A stretch of 64,000 nucleotides of DNA from Thermoproteota archaeon. Lineage in GTDB: Archaea > Korarchaeota > Korarchaeia > Korarchaeales > Korarchaeaceae. The DNA is taken from the NCBI GenBank assembly GCA_027491915.1, contig JAOZGC010000001.1, forward strand, positions 131,839 through 195,838, given 5' to 3'. Below the pieces are notes generated by a model that searched no databases, was not told the origin of the DNA, and worked only from the letters and a program-made list of their open reading frames with translations. Positions 63,045 to 64,000 of this stretch are shown piece by piece (the stretch's first letter is position 1; each line of letters opens with the position of its first letter). A program made the position numbers and the translations under genes.

Positions 63045-63973
63045 CCACCGGCGCCCCGCCTCCCCCTATATGAACGCTCCGCCCCCAACCCGACCCTGCA
63101 CTGGAACAGGCTGCCCAGCCCCTCCAGGAGCCTCCTCGGGTGGGCGCCCGGGACCACCAGGAAGGCCGCCTCGTCCCCGGGGCCCAGGGCCGACAGGAGC
63201 CCCCTGACGAAAGAGTAGGCCTCCTCCTCCCCCATCATTATGATCAGGTCGGTCACGTTGTCGAATATCAGGAACACCGGCCCCGATCCCCTCTTGATCG
63301 CCCTGAGGATGTTCAACGCGAAGCTCTCCTCCATGGGTATGACGAACCTGTCCCCGGGCAGCCTCTCCGGCGTCCTGACCTCCGCCAGGTAGACGAAGGC
63401 GGGCTCCCCGGACGGGACCTCGAGCCCGTCCAGCCTCCCCCCAACCCTGGTGAACACCACGGGCCTGGACCCCGGGGTCTCCTCCACCATCTCCAGGACG
63501 GCGCCCCTCCAGTCCGCGGCCGGGTCCGCCTCGACCAGGGCCACCCTGCACCTCCCGGTCGGCTCCCTCCTCGGGGCCGGCGCCTCCGGCGTGGACGCCG
63601 TTATCTCCACCACACCCAGGGAGAGCATCAGGACGAACGCCGTCACCGGGACGTCCCTGAGCAGCAGGTCGGCCACGGGGGACCCGAGCCCAGACCCCCT
63701 CAGGAGGGCCCACGCGGCGGAGTACGAGAGGAAGGCCATCCCCCCGGCCATGGTCGGCACCCCCGGGAGGTTCCTACCCCTCCTCAGCGTCAGCGCGGAG
63801 ACCAGCCAGAGCGCAGGCCCCCCGAGGGAGGCCACCAGAGTCGCGGCGGGCGGGACCTCGGGCGGGACCCTCTCGAGGCCGCACGCCGAGGCGGCGGCCC
63901 CGGCCCCGCGCCCCGCGGGCCCCGCCCCGGCCCGGGGGCGGGCGGGCGCCCCCCCCCACCCCCCCACCCCCAC
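63041..63973 (-). CDS. Membrane protein with C-terminal DUF835/inactive KaiC-RecA-like domain (5' end uncertain, may extend beyond window)
   Basis: TMs followed by VVFTR...LIFDNVTDL..M.G...AY.F....FLV.PGAH....L..LF; no Walker A; stop overlaps the topA ATG. Confidence 0.65.
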   Translation of the reverse strand: MGVGGWGGAPARPRAGAGPAGRGAGAAASACGLERVPPEVPPAATLVASLGGPALWLVSALTLRRGRNLPGVPTMAGGMAFLSYSAAWALLRGSGLGSPVADLLLRDVPVTAFVLMLSLGVVEITASTPEAPAPRREPTGRCRVALVEADPAADWRGAVLEMVEETPGSRPVVFTRVGGRLDGLEVPSGEPAFVYLAEVRTPERLPGDRFVIPMEESFALNILRAIKRGSGPVFLIFDNVTDLIIMMGEEEAYSFVRGLLSALGPGDEAAFLVVPGAHPRRLLEGLGSLFQCRVGLGAERSYRGRRGAGG

Positions 63974-64000
63974 CGCCCCCCCCCGGGGACCCGGGAGGAG

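Noticed and set aside
63880-64000. C/G homopolymer-rich end of window (possible G-quadruplex or repeat)
   Set aside because: Irregular runs that may be low-quality sequence; cannot be interpreted without reads
1-64000. IS elements, integrases, inteins, rRNA/tRNA genes, CRISPR arrays
   Set aside because: No transposase or integrase motifs, intein splice motifs, RNA gene signatures or spaced repeats were recognised by eye; small RNAs could have been missed

Overview
A gene-dense, very GC-rich window from a probably thermophilic archaeon. The signs are AGG/ATA codon bias, short AT-rich TATA boxes about 25-30 nt before often leaderless starts, GGTGA-type Shine-Dalgarno sites, and archaeal-type ligase, XPD and TopoIA. 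Housekeeping genes include XPD helicase, speE, serS, Trm5, TtuA, TatD, DNA ligase, SufS, type IA topoisomerase and M32 carboxypeptidase. Two respiratory loci stand out. (i) A Tat-exported, Cys-type, membrane-bound formate dehydrogenase operon (alpha/beta/cytochrome b/FdhE), with mobA, fdhD and sufS elsewhere in the window. (ii) A minus-strand cluster encoding a Tat-exported split-Soret-cytochrome-like protein (C-GCAxxG-C-C domain, two CxxCH motifs, C-terminal anchor), a diheme cytochrome b, and a rebuilt System I* cytochrome c maturation set. In that set CcmC appears fused to a CcmE-like domain, CcmE is CxxxY-type, thioredoxin is fused to CcdA, and CcmF is greatly enlarged; a ComA-wHTH fusion precedes the cluster. 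Other oddities: a TopoIA with YIGT instead of YPRT coupled to a membrane DUF835/inactive-KaiC-like gene, a PHP-PRC-barrel fusion, a Thr-type sulfatase-like protein, a heavily decayed SDR pseudogene, an exact 33-bp tandem duplication in a giant surface protein, and several perfect operator-like palindromes. No rRNA, tRNA, CRISPR array or IS element was recognised. All calls come from motif recognition by eye; no database searches were run.
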